NCBI GenBank assembly: GCA_963785235.1
Contig: CAWAUM010000005.1
Location: 32,001-96,000 of the forward strand
Reading direction: 5' to 3'
Length of the DNA stretch: 64,000 nucleotides
DNA from: an uncultured delta proteobacterium
Lineage (GTDB): Bacteria > Desulfobacterota > Desulfomonilia > UBA1062
The notes beneath the pieces are model-generated. The model was not told the origin of the DNA and did no database searches. It saw nothing but the letters and a program-made list of their open reading frames with translations. This document shows, piece by piece, positions 21,357 to 31,984 of the stretch (its first letter is position 1; every line of letters begins with the position of its first letter). Made by a program: the position numbers and the translations under genes.

Positions 21357-21899
21357 ATGCTTGAACTGGCGCTGCACGTACTCGACATAGCGGAGAACTC
21401 ATCAAGGGCCGAGGCGAGTCTTATAGAAGTTACCATCATTGAAGACCTCGAAAAGGATGTTTTCTCCCTGGAGATCAGGGACAACGGCCACGGCATGGAT
21501 GAACAGACCATGGAGAAGGCCCTTGATCCCTTTTACACCACCAAGAAAGTCAGACGCATCGGTCTGGGCCTGCCTATGCTCAAGCAGGCGGCCACTACCG
21601 CAGAAGGCAGATTCTCCCTTCAATCGATAGTGGGCAAGGGAACGGTCGTTTATGCCGAATTCAAGCACTCCCACATAGACCGGCAGCCCCTGGGTGATAT
21701 TGCAGGCGTCATTGCCATGCTTATCCTCGGGAATCCCGATATAGATATTGTATACACTCACAAGAAGAACGGGAACGTCTATACACTTGACACCCGGGAA
21801 CTCCGGGAAGGCCTCGGCGATGTGCCCCTGAACAATATGGAGGTTCTGAACCTCGTCCGGGACAACATCAGGGAAGGGATCGAGGAACTAAACGGGTAA
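21357..21899 (+). CDS. Stand-alone HATPase_c (histidine-kinase-like ATPase) protein
   Basis: ELALHVLDIAENS, DNGHGM, DPFYTTK, GLGL, HIDRQPLG. No separate sensor or HisKA domain. Confidence 0.82.
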   Translation: MLELALHVLDIAENSSRAEASLIEVTIIEDLEKDVFSLEIRDNGHGMDEQTMEKALDPFYTTKKVRRIGLGLPMLKQAATTAEGRFSLQSIVGKGTVVYAEFKHSHIDRQPLGDIAGVIAMLILGNPDIDIVYTHKKNGNVYTLDTRELREGLGDVPLNNMEVLNLVRDNIREGIEELNG

Positions 21900-22100
21900 A
21901 CGAGCATGGATCTGATTTTCCAGTGACGTAGTATGGATCTCTTTGTTGGCTATTAGAATAAATGCCATAACCGAACACTATCCACTCATTCCTTTTCTTA
22001 AGTACATTGGCAATTTGCTGCGTTTTCTGCTATCTACTTTCGTCAAATATACGATGCATTATCATATGCTCAAGAGTTGAAATTCACCGGGAGTTGGAAC

Positions 22101-25100
22101 ATGAAGAAGAAGGATACAACAAGAGAGCCTCTGCGGTTCATCACTGCAACGTCGCTTTTTGACGGGCATGACGCGTCCATCAATATCATGCGCCGGATTC
22201 TGCAGGACAGCGGGGCTGAGGTTATCCACCTGGGCCACAACAGGGGTGTCGTCGAGATCGTAAATGCTGCCGTACAGGAAGGGGCCCACGGGATTGCCGT
22301 CAGCTCCTACCAGGGCGGCCATATGGAGTTCTTCAAGTACCTCATCGACCTTCTCAAAGAGCGTGGATGCCGCTATGTGAAGGTCTTCGGAGGCGGGGGC
22401 GGGGTTATTGTACCTGAGGAGATCAGGGAGCTGGAGGCATACGGGGTCGCCAAGATCTATTCGCCTGATGACGGCAAGGCTTTGGGCCTCAAGGGTATGA
22501 TATCGCATATGATGGGAATCGCCTCAGGTGTGCAGATACCCGAGGTGGCCATGGATAATAAGGCTATCTTCGCCAAGGACCCGGTGCTTATGGGCAGGCT
22601 CATCAGCTATGCAGAGAGGGCCAGATTTTTCAAAGACAAGAGTTTTGAGCCCATGCGCGCCTATCTCAAGGGTATAAAGACCGGCAGTCCCATTGTCGGC
22701 ATCACCGGCACCGGCGGATCGGGCAAGAGCTCTATTATTGATGAGCTGCTTCGCAGGGCACTCTATCACTACCCTGATAAAACCATTGCCGTCATCTCGG
22801 TGGATCCCACGCGCTCGCGGAGCGGGGGGGCCTTGCTGGGAGACAGGATCCGTATGAACCAGATCGACGATAGCAGGGTCTACATGCGCTCCATGGCTAC
22901 CCGTGCGTCCAAGGACGAACTGTCCGAGGCCATCCATGACGCACTGGATATCGTGAAGGCTGCGGGCTATGACCTTATAATCGTAGAGACCAGCGGCATA
23001 GGCCAGGGTGATACGGCCATCACCACGGTGAGCGACTACTCGCTCTATGTCATGACCGCGGAGTTCGGCGCGCCGTCACAGCTGGAAAAGATCGACATGC
23101 TCGATTTTGCGGATATGGTGCTCATCAACAAGTTCGAACAGGAAAAGGCCCTGGATGCGCTCAAGCATGTGAGAAAACAGTTCATGCGCAATCATGATCT
23201 GTTCGAGATGGACCCGGAAAATCTGCCCATCTACGGCACAGTGGCCAGCAGGTACAGTGATGTCGGCATGGACAAGGCCTTTGCCCATCTCGCCCGCACC
23301 CTGGTGGAAAAGGGGTTCATCAACGCGCACATGCTGCCCGAATCCAAGGTGGATCAGGAAAAGGCCCACGAGGGCATCGTCCCTTCCGGAAGGCAGCTCT
23401 ATCTGAGCGAGATCGCCAAGGCCTTAAGGGGATACCATGCCCGCACCAAAGAGGTGAGCGCCAGGCTGAGGAGGCTCTATGCCATTGAAGATATCCTTCA
23501 GGACAAGGCTGACAAACCCACATCTGAGGGCTTGCGCAAGATGCTTTCCCAGGTGAAAAAAGGCATTGCCAAGGACGACCTGGAGCTTATCCATGGCTGG
23601 GAAAAACAGCATGTGAGGTATAAGTCCAAGTCTTATTCATACACGGTCCGCGACAAGAAGATCCACGTGTCGCTCACAAAGGAGTCACTGGCAGGGCTTG
23701 AGATCCCAAAGATAGCCCTGCCTGCATTCACTGACAAGGGCGACCTCTTTGCCTGGCTCAGGAAGGAGAACCTGCCGGGCTTTTTCCCCTACACCGCCGG
23801 TGTGTTCCCCTTCAAACGCGATTGGGAAGACCCCAAGAGGCAGTTCGCAGGCGAAGGCGGACCGGAAAGGACCAACAGGCGTTTCCACTATCTGTGCAGG
23901 CACGACGAGGCCAAGCGCTTGAGCACGGCCTTCGACAGTGTGACGCTCTACGGAGAAGACCCGCACGAGAAGCCCGACATCTTCGGCAAGATCGGCGAGA
24001 GCGGGGTGAGCATCTGTACGCTTTCCGACATGAAGAAGCTCTATGCAGGCTTTGACCTTCTCTCACCCACCACGAGCGTATCCATGACCATCAACGGCCC
24101 GGCCCCCATCATGACCGCCATGTTCTTCAACACGGCCATCGACCAGCAGGTCGAGGTGTTCAAGAAGGAAAAGGGCAGGGCGCCCAAGACAGAAGAGCTG
24201 GATGCCATCAGGGACCATGTGCTCAAGACAGTCCGAGGCACGGTCCAGGCCGACATCCTCAAGGAGGATCAGGGCCAGAATACCTGCATCTTCTCAACGG
24301 AATTCGCGCTGAAGATGATGGGCGACATCCAGGAGTACTTCATCGAAAAGGGCGTGGAGAACTTCTATTCCGTGAGCATCAGCGGCTACCACATCGCCGA
24401 GGCAGGGGCCAATCCCATCAGCCAGCTGGCCTTTACCCTGGCCAACGGATTCACCTACGTGGAGTACTACCTGTCGCGCGGTATGAACATAGATGATTTT
24501 GCCAAGAACTTCTCGTTCTTCTTTTCCAGCGGCATGGACCCTGAGTACAGCGTTCTCGGCAGGGTTGCCCGCAGGATCTGGGCCGTTGCCATGAGGGACC
24601 TCTACGGGGCCGACGAGTCGTCCCAGAGGCTGAAATACCATATCCAGACCTCGGGCAGGTCGCTGCACAGCATGGAGATCCAGTTCAATGACATCCGCAC
24701 CACCCTCCAGGCCCTGACCGCGCTGAACGACAACTGCAACTCGCTGCACACCAATGCCTACGACGAGGCCATAACCACGCCCACCGAGGAGTCGGTGCGC
24801 CGCGCCATGGCCATACAGATGATCATCAATCGCGAATTCGGTCTTTCCATGAACGAGAACCAGCTTCAGGGATCGTTCTTCATGGACTGGCTCACGGATG
24901 CAGTGGAGGAGGCGGTGCTCAAGGAGTTCGAACGCATCAGCGACCGCAAGGGGGTGCTGGGCGCCATGGAGACCCAGTACCAGCGCTCCAAGATCCAGGA
25001 TGAGTCGCTCTACTACGAGCACCTCAAGCATTCGGGCAAGATGCCCATTATCGGCGTGAACACCTTTGAGAACCCCAATGCCGATAGTCAGAGCGCAGGG

Positions 25101-25340
25101 AGCTGCATCCTGCTCACGCGTTCAACCTACGAAGAGAAGCAGGCCCAGCTCGACAACTGCCGGAAGTTCCAGAAGAAGCCATGCAAAGCAGGCCGATGCA
25201 GCCTTGAAAAAACTCAAGGAGACGGCACTTTCCGGCGGGAATATTTTTGCCGTTCTCATGGACACGGTGCGCGTAGCCAGTCTCGGCCAGATCTCCCATG
25301 CGCTTTACGAGGTGGGGGGAAATACCGGAGGAATATGTGA
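22101..25340 (+). CDS. icmF: Fused isobutyryl-CoA mutase/MeaI GTPase (two compensating frameshifts at about 25178 and about 25318)
   Basis: B12-binding FDGHDAS, P-loop [13 protein letters not shown]; mutase motifs [30 protein letters not shown]; C-terminal YRRNM. Confidence 0.93.
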   Translation: MKKKDTTREPLRFITATSLFDGHDASINIMRRILQDSGAEVIHLGHNRGVVEIVNAAVQEGAHGIAVSSYQGGHMEFFKYLIDLLKERGCRYVKVFGGGGGVIVPEEIRELEAYGVAKIYSPDDGKALGLKGMISHMMGIASGVQIPEVAMDNKAIFAKDPVLMGRLISYAERARFFKDKSFEPMRAYLKGIKTGSPIVGITGTGGSGKSSIIDELLRRALYHYPDKTIAVISVDPTRSRSGGALLGDRIRMNQIDDSRVYMRSMATRASKDELSEAIHDALDIVKAAGYDLIIVETSGIGQGDTAITTVSDYSLYVMTAEFGAPSQLEKIDMLDFADMVLINKFEQEKALDALKHVRKQFMRNHDLFEMDPENLPIYGTVASRYSDVGMDKAFAHLARTLVEKGFINAHMLPESKVDQEKAHEGIVPSGRQLYLSEIAKALRGYHARTKEVSARLRRLYAIEDILQDKADKPTSEGLRKMLSQVKKGIAKDDLELIHGWEKQHVRYKSKSYSYTVRDKKIHVSLTKESLAGLEIPKIALPAFTDKGDLFAWLRKENLPGFFPYTAGVFPFKRDWEDPKRQFAGEGGPERTNRRFHYLCRHDEAKRLSTAFDSVTLYGEDPHEKPDIFGKIGESGVSICTLSDMKKLYAGFDLLSPTTSVSMTINGPAPIMTAMFFNTAIDQQVEVFKKEKGRAPKTEELDAIRDHVLKTVRGTVQADILKEDQGQNTCIFSTEFALKMMGDIQEYFIEKGVENFYSVSISGYHIAEAGANPISQLAFTLANGFTYVEYYLSRGMNIDDFAKNFSFFFSSGMDPEYSVLGRVARRIWAVAMRDLYGADESSQRLKYHIQTSGRSLHSMEIQFNDIRTTLQALTALNDNCNSLHTNAYDEAITTPTEESVRRAMAIQMIINREFGLSMNENQLQGSFFMDWLTDAVEEAVLKEFERISDRKGVLGAMETQYQRSKIQDESLYYEHLKHSGKMPIIGVNTFENPNADSQSAGSCILLTRSTYEEKQAQLDNCRKFQKKPCKAGRCSLEKTQGDGTFRREYFCRSHGHGARSQSRPDLPCALRGGGKYRRNM

Positions 25341-25397
25341 ATCAGGGCGAAACGGTATGCGGCTAAGGCATCTGCAGATGGAAAAACTAACGGAATT

Positions 25398-25930
25398 ATG
25401 AGACCATCGGAAAAGGTTATGTCCACATCTATACCGGTAACGGCAAGGGTAAGACCAGCGCCGCCCTTGGCCTTGCCCTGCGGGCTGCCGGCCGGGGCCT
25501 GAAGACCCATATGGTCCAGTTCATGAAGGGCCAGCAGTATGGCGAGCTCGAAGGTGTAAAGATGACTGGCGGGCTCATCACCATCGAACAGTTCGGACAC
25601 CCTACCTTTTGCAAATTTACTGAAACGCCGGATCCCAGGGATATGAAGAGGGCAAGCTCCGCCCTTGCGCGCGTACATGAGCTCATGCAGGCCCATGCCT
25701 GTGTCATCCTCATTGCTGATGAGATCATCACGGCATGCATGTTCAAGCTCCTCACTGAAGATGATATCCTTGATGTCATTCGTGCTAAACCCGAGGGCAT
25801 GGAACTCGTGCTCACCGGCAGGGGCGCCACTGAGCGGATGATTGAGGCTGCTGACCTGGTGACCGAGATGAAGGAGATCAAGCACTACTACATCAAAGGC
25901 GTCCAAGCCCGGGAGGGGATTGAAAGCTGA
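25398..25930 (+). CDS. cobO: Cob(I)alamin adenosyltransferase (CobA/CobO/BtuR type); apparent frameshift just after the ATG
   Basis: The frame upstream of ORF 25511 encodes [19 protein letters not shown]. Also QFMKG, ADEI, ELVLTGR, ADLVTEM...KHYY..G. Confidence 0.88.
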
Positions 25931-25962
25931 ACTTTCAGGTTAATTGAGAAGAAAAGACTTGG

Positions 25963-26015
25963 CCCGTTCAAACCGGTGATTTGCCCTTTGGGGGCAAATC
26001 ACCGGTTTGAACGGG
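25963..26015. terminator. 24-bp perfect hairpin between convergent cobO and thiolase (bidirectional terminator)
   Basis: CCCGTTCAAACCGGTGATTTGCCC-5nt-GGGCAAATCACCGGTTTGAACGGG, flanked by A-rich and T-rich tracts. Confidence 0.75.
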
Positions 26016-26035
26016 TTGATTTTTTTTAATTCTTA

Positions 26036-27290
26036 CTACAGAATCTCGATGGCCGTTGCCATGGACACACCGCCGCCGCCGCACAGGGTGGCGAGCCCGA
26101 GGGTCTTGCCGCGCTTCTTCAGTGCATGGATCAGGGTCACGATGATGCGGCACCCCGTGCTGCCCACCGGATGGCCCAGGCCGATGCCGCTCCCGTTCAC
26201 GTTGGTGATGTCGCGATTGAGGCCGAGTTCCTTCTCGCAGCCGATGTACTGGCCTGCAAAGGCCTCGTTCACCTCGATAAGCTCGAAGCTGTCAAGATTG
26301 AGATTCGGATTTCTCTTCAGGAGGTCTTTGACTGCGGGAACAGGGCTAAGACCCATGACCGAGGGGTGGCATGCCACCGCGGCCGGATGCCCGGATGCGT
26401 GCCAGCGGTTTGAGTCCGAGTTCTTTTGCCTTTTCCGCGGACATGAGGATCATGGCCGATGCGCCGTCATTGAGTCCCGAGGAATTGCCGGCCGTGACCT
26501 TGCCGATCTTTGGGATAAATGCGGGAGGCAGGGCGGCCAGATCAGCCATGGTGATGCCGGGGCGGAAATGCTCGTCTTTGTCGAAGATCATCGGCGGCTT
26601 GCCTCTTTTCTGGGGCAGCTCGACGGGCACGATCTCTTCGGCGAAATCGCCTTCCTTGGTGGCCCGTTCGGCGCCGTTGTGGCTCTTGAGCGCCACCTCG
26701 TCCATCTCCTCGCGGCTGATGTTATGCATCTGGGCGATGAACTCGGTGGTGTGGCCCATGATGTAGGGCTTGCCCTTGAACATTTCGAAGAGCGGGTAGC
26801 CGTGAATCGGGCTGTCTTCGGCCAGGGGCTGTACATAGGATCCGCAGTGGAGCGCACGGATCATGGCATCCACGAAGACCTTGTCCTGGAGCCTGCATCC
26901 CCAGCGTGCATCCGGAGAGATATACGGGACCCCGGACATGTGTTCGGCGCCGCCTGCCAGGATGATATCCGCCATACCGGCCTGGATCATGGCCATGCCG
27001 CTGAGTGCTGCCTCCATGCCCGAGATGCATACCCGGTTGATGGTCACGGCGGTCACGCTTTCAGGGATGCCTGCAAGCAGCGCTCCCACCCTTGTCATAT
27101 TCAGGGTGTCAGCCGGGTCCATGCAGCACCCGAAACGCACATCATCGATGGTGGCCGGATCTATGCCTGCACGTTTGATGGCCTCTTTCATGACAACACT
27201 TGCGAGGCGGGCAGTGATCATATCCTTAAGCGTCCCACCGAATGTGCCAATGGCTGTCCTGCACGCGGAAACAATGACTACATCCTTCAT
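26036..27290 (-). CDS. Acetyl-CoA C-acyltransferase (thiolase); apparent frameshift at about 26370-26395
   Basis: NRVCISG (catalytic Cys), DEHFR, TAGNSSGLNDGA; NEAF, GHPVG and LCGGGG are in ORF 26036-26377. Confidence 0.92.
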
Positions 27291-27355
27291 GAGAATCCCC
27301 CTTTTATGCATAGTTGGCGCTTATCCGATGGACATGCGCATTCGATCCGCAACAT

Positions 27356-27373
27356 AATGAATAACCATTCATT
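27356..27373. promoter_or_regulatory. Palindromic operator at the thiolase promoter
   Basis: Perfect AATGAAT-AACC-ATTCATT, overlapping the minus-strand -10 (TTTACA-18nt-TATAAA). Confidence 0.6.
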
Positions 27374-27541
27374 TATAAAGAAAAGCAATGTGCATTGTAA
27401 AGAGGAATCGATTCGTGGATCGGTATAAATAAGTCTTAAGTTTGAAGTGTTAAGATTTAATTAGAACAGGATTTAAAACATAAAACCCAAAAATGTTCTC
27501 TTTTTATCCTACTTGCATCCGTGCTAAAGCTGAGGTATATC

Positions 27542-27868
27542 TTGAAAGTGAACCATCCGGAAACATTCACCTGTCACCGATGCGGAACGTGCTGTCTTGC
27601 CGACATGATAGCCTATGTCACCAAAGAAGATATGGATCGATGGATCAGCCAGGGCAGGTCGGACATCCTTCACATCATTGAGAATGAGCAGGCATTCTGG
27701 GCTGGAGACCATCTAGTGTCTGCCCGGGACGGCAGACCACTCATGGGCTGCCCATTCCTCACCTGGGAAAAGGGCGGATATGCGTGCGGAATATACGAGA
27801 CCAGGCCTGGTGTATGCAGAGACTACGAGCCTGCTTCTTCGCAGATCTGCCCATTATGGAAATCCTAA
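27542..27868 (+). CDS. YkgJ-family cysteine-cluster (CxxCxxCC) protein
   Basis: CHRCGTCC...CPFL...CGIYETRPGVCRDY; GAGG before the TTG at 27542. Confidence 0.8.
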   Translation: MKVNHPETFTCHRCGTCCLADMIAYVTKEDMDRWISQGRSDILHIIENEQAFWAGDHLVSARDGRPLMGCPFLTWEKGGYACGIYETRPGVCRDYEPASSQICPLWKS

Positions 27869-27882
27869 AGAGTTATCAAGGT

Positions 27883-27994
27883 AGCCAATTGTAAAAAGGT
27901 GTCGCCCCCGCGAAGGCGGGGGGCCAGAAGGATTTGAAAATACTGGATTCCCGCTTCCGCGGGAATGACATCTTGAGAGTTTTGCAATAGGCTC
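27883..27994. repeat. REP-doublet/MITE-like element, copy 2
   Basis: AGCCAATTGTAAAA...TTTTGCAATAGGCT termini enclose inverted palindromes GTCGCCCCCGCGAAGGCGGGGGGCCAG and CTGGATTCCCGCTTCCGCGGGAATGAC. Confidence 0.75.
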
Positions 27995-28031
27995 AAGGGG
28001 CAAACGTTTAACTGGCTTAAGGTGAATACTA

Positions 28032-28736
28032 CTAAACGAACCCTTCTTTCACGGCGAGATCGTCCAGTTCCAGGGTGAGGGCATCTTCTGTCTCGGGGTC
28101 TTCAGGCAGCCTGATTCTCGTGTCCACTATCTTGAAGTAGCGGTTACATTCCCTGCAGAAATTAACGCGAACGCCATCGAGACCTTCGGCCTCAAAGTAG
28201 CCTTGTGTATTATAATCGGTATTACTGCATGAGGGACATTTGAAGCGGGCAAACCGCCAGGAATGACCGCATGAAAGACAGTGCAGCGTCCTTTTGTCTT
28301 CGGCATCAAATCCGATCCTTGGGTATGCACCGCAGAAAGGACAGTCTCCCTGGGACCATGATTCAGGTATCAGGTGGGTATTTTTTTCCCGCAGCAGAAG
28401 GAGAAACCTGGAAAATGCATTTTGCATGATTGCCTGGAGGAGATCACTCTGTGAACCCGCTATTGCATCGGTATCTTTTCCAGATGCAGCCTCCTTGAGT
28501 GCTTCTGTCATGTCAAATGCAGGCTCGGATCCGGTTACATCTTTCCACACCTTGGCACATGTATCTGCAAAAAGTGGAATTAAATCTGCAAGATCGGCCA
28601 GTTCACGGCATGTTGTTTTTAATTCAGGGATGTCGGTGCCTTCCATTGCGTGAACGATTTTTTCGCGCAGCGTTTTTACCCCGTGGATGACATCGGCCTG
28701 CGCCGGATATGCCTTCATAATGGACTCCCAGTTCAT
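28032..28736 (-). CDS. fdhE: Formate dehydrogenase accessory protein FdhE
   Basis: CPFCG, CLSC..SW, CPSC, CREC.RYFK..D; divergent from the FDH operon. Confidence 0.88.
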   Translation of the reverse strand: MNWESIMKAYPAQADVIHGVKTLREKIVHAMEGTDIPELKTTCRELADLADLIPLFADTCAKVWKDVTGSEPAFDMTEALKEAASGKDTDAIAGSQSDLLQAIMQNAFSRFLLLLREKNTHLIPESWSQGDCPFCGAYPRIGFDAEDKRTLHCLSCGHSWRFARFKCPSCSNTDYNTQGYFEAEGLDGVRVNFCRECNRYFKIVDTRIRLPEDPETEDALTLELDDLAVKEGFV

Positions 28737-28819
28737 GATTGAAAGGGTATGGGAAATCCGGGGTTAAGTCAAGGCGTTCCTGGATAATAAGCAGCTACAT
28801 TATGTAATTATTTGCATAA

Positions 28820-28848
28820 TTTACAATGAATGATTGTTCATTTATTAT
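28820..28848 (+). promoter_or_regulatory. sigma70 promoter of fdnGHI with a palindromic operator in the spacer
   Basis: TTTACA (28820-25), 17 nt, TATTAT (28843-48). AATGAAT-GATT-GTTCATT at 28825-28842. Confidence 0.6.
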
Positions 28849-28885
28849 GCTTCAAGTAAAAAAATCCACCACGGGAGAGTGCTCT

Positions 28886-31800
28886 ATGGATATCACGAGG
28901 AGAAATTTCCTCAAGATCGCAGGTGGCACTGTAGCAACTGCCGGATTTGGAACCGGGATAGGCATTAAGCCTGCATTCGCCCAGTCCAGGAAGGTCCAGT
29001 ATGCGCAGGAAGTGCCTACGATCTGCCCCTACTGCGGCGTGGGCTGCGGTATCATTGCCCATGTAAGGAACGGCAAGGTGATCAACACGGAAGGCGACCC
29101 GGATCATCCAATAAACAAGGGCTCGCTGTGCCCCAAAGGCGGTTCGCTCTATCAGATCGCGAACAATGACAGGCGAAACGAGAAGGTCCGCTACCGTGCC
29201 CCGGGCTCCGATTCCTGGGAAGATGTAGAGTGGGACTGGGCATTAGAGAAGATCACCACAAACCTGAAAAAGGCCAGGGATGCCGGGTTCAAAACCGCCA
29301 ATGACAAAGGCGAGGTAGTGAACCGTCTGGAAACCGTAGCCTCCATCGGTGGAGCATCGCTTGACAACGAAGAGGTCTATGCCCTGACCAAGATGAACAG
29401 GGCACTCGGTCTGGTGTGGGTAGAGCACCAGGCCCGGATCTGACACAGCGCCACCGTCGCCGGTCTGGCGGCATCATTTGGTCGCGGTGTCATGACAAAC
29501 CATTGGAACGACATCCAGCATGCAGACTCCATCCTCATCATGGGGTCAAACCCTGCTGAGAACCATCCCATCTCCTTCAAGTGGGTGAATGAGGCAAGGA
29601 GCAAGAGGAAGGCCAGTCTTATCGTAGTGGACCCGAGGTTCACCAGGTCTGCGGCAACGGCCGATATCTATGCGCGCATAAGGCCGGGCACGGACATCGC
29701 CTTTTTGGGCGCCATGATAAACTATGCCATTGAGAAGAACCGCATCAACGAGGAGTATGTCAAAAATTATACCGACGCGGCCTATCTCGTGAGCCCTGAA
29801 TTCCAGGGGCCGGTCGATCTCGACGGGGCCTTCTCGGGACTTACCGGGGCCAAGTACGACAAGGCCACCTGGGGCTATCAGATGGACGAAAACGGAATAC
29901 CCAAGATGGACCTCACCCTGCAGGATCCCATGTGCGTATTCCAGCTCCTGAAGAAACACTATTCAAGATATACCCTGAAGAAATCCAGTGAGCTCACCGG
30001 TTGCGACATAGCATCCCTGGAAGCGGTCTGCGATGCATACACCTCCACATATAAACCCGAACTCTCGGGCACCATCATGTATGCCATGGGGACCACCCAG
30101 CATACCTATGGCTCCCAGAACGTCAGGGCCTACGCGGTTGTACAGCTCCTTCTCGGCAACATCGGCGTGGCGGGCGGCGGTATCAATGCATTGCGCGGCG
30201 AAAGCAACGTGCAGGGCTCCACGGACCACGGCGCCCTGTTCCATATCCTCACCGGCTACCTCAAGTATCCCAAGGCCAATCAGCCTACGCTGGTCAAGTA
30301 CAATGAGGACAACACCCCCAAGACCAAGGACCCCAAGAGCCTGAACTGGTGGGGAAACACCCCGAAGTACATGGCGAGCCTCATGAAGGCCTGGTGGAGG
30401 GATGCCGATCTGGAGACTTCATACAGCTATCTTCCCAAGATCGATGACGGAAAGAACTATTCCTACCTGCCCATATTCAGCACCATGGCCACTGGCGATA
30501 TCAAGGGTTTGTTCTGCTGGGGTATGAATCCCGCTGTGGGTGCTCCGAGTTCCAAGATGATAAGGCGCGCCCTTGCCCAGCTCGACTGGATGGTGTGCGT
30601 CGACCTGTGGGAGACCGAGACATCGGCCTTCTGGCAGAAGGAAGCCGGAGTGAACCCGGCCGATATCAAGACAGAGGTCTTCCTGCTTCCGGCAGCCTCC
30701 TCTGTGGAAAAAGAAGGATCAATATCCAATTCAGGCAGGTGGGTGCAGTGGCGGTACAAGGCCATCGATCCAATAGGACATGCCGAGGACGACCTCTGGA
30801 TCATCAACCAGATCGTTGGCCGTATGAAAAACCTTTATAAAAAAGAAGGCGGGGCATTCCCCGACCCCATCATCAACCTTACCTGGAACTACGGCAAGGT
30901 GGGCCTTGACGGGATGATTCACAACCCGTCCCCGCGCGAGGTGGCCAAGGAGATCAACGGCTACTTCATTGCTGAAAAGGAGATCGAGGACAAGGTCAAG
31001 AAGGAGATCAAGAAGTTCAAGCCCGGTGACATGGTTCCCAGTTTTGCCATGCTCCAGGACGACGGCTCAACGTGCTGCGGATGCTGGGTCTATTGCGGTT
31101 CGGTCTCCGACACCGAGAACAAGCTGATGAAGCGCGACGCCACCGACCCGACCGGCCTGGGCATGTTCCCCAACTGGTCCTGGTCCTGGCCCGTTAACCG
31201 CAGGATCGTTTACAACCGGGCCAGCGTGAATACAGAAGGAAAACCCTATGCCAAAGACAAGCCCGTACTCTGGTGGAGCGCTCTGAAAAAGGTCTGGCTG
31301 GGTGACATACCCGATGGCAACGGCGATCCGGATGCCATACTCCCCTTCATCATGGTGCCGCACGGAAGAGGCATGCTCTTCGCAGCCGGTATGAGCGACG
31401 GGCCTTTCCCCGAGCACTATGAACCGCTGGAATCCGCTGTGAAGAATACCTTCAGCTCCCAGCAGGTCTCGCCGGTCATCACCAGGTGGGATGAGAAGGC
31501 CAAAGAAAAGACCTGTAACCCGATCATTGCGGAAGGCTGCATCGCCGCGACATACGGGAGTGAGGATATCAAGGATTTCCCCATCATCTGCTCTACCTAC
31601 CGTGTTACCGAACACTGGCAGACAGGCCAGATGACCAGGTGGCTGCCGTGGCTCGGCGAGATGGTTCCGAGCCAGTTTGTGGAGATGAGCGAAGAATTAG
31701 CAAAGGAAAAAGGCATCACATTCGGCGACAAGGTGCGTGTAACATCAGCCAGAAATGTCGAAGGCATTGTGGCATATGTCATGATCACGAAACGTCTGAA

Positions 31801-31972
31801 ACCCTTTGTCATCGCGGGGAAAACCCATCACATGGTGGGTATTACCTGGCACTTCGGGTATAAGGGCCTGGTCACAGGAGCCATTGCCAACGATCTTACC
31901 CCGTTCATCGGAGATCCGAATACCATGATACCCGAATACAAGGCGTTCCTTGTCAACGTTGTGAAGGCATAA
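28886..31972 (+). CDS. fdnG: Periplasmic (Tat) selenocysteine formate dehydrogenase alpha subunit
   Basis: Tat motif TRRNFLK; CPYCGVGC...CPKG; in-frame TGA 29441-43 gives HQARI-U-HSATVAGL; ALRGESNVQGSTD. Confidence 0.94.
29441..29472 (+). promoter_or_regulatory. UGA-Sec codon plus SECIS hairpin
   Basis: GTCGCC-GGTCT-GGCGGC hairpin 12 nt after the TGA, with the same loop as the fdhA SECIS. Confidence 0.85.
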
Positions 31973-31984
31973 GGGGGGTGTGAC

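Noticed and set aside
21900-22100. Cobalamin riboswitch before icmF
   Set aside because: No B12-box or other conserved core was recognisable.
26007-27428. Long antisense or overlapping ORFs (473 aa here; also 5569-6759, 2791-3660, 15845-16726, 14342-15163, 59008-59793)
   Set aside because: They are shadows of well-supported genes in GC3-rich coding DNA, with no recognisable motifs or RBS.
27430-27492. Short degenerate heptamer-like runs (TTAAG/TGAAG...TAAAAC), with similar runs at 51340-51366
   Set aside because: Too short and degenerate to distinguish from low-complexity intergenic sequence.
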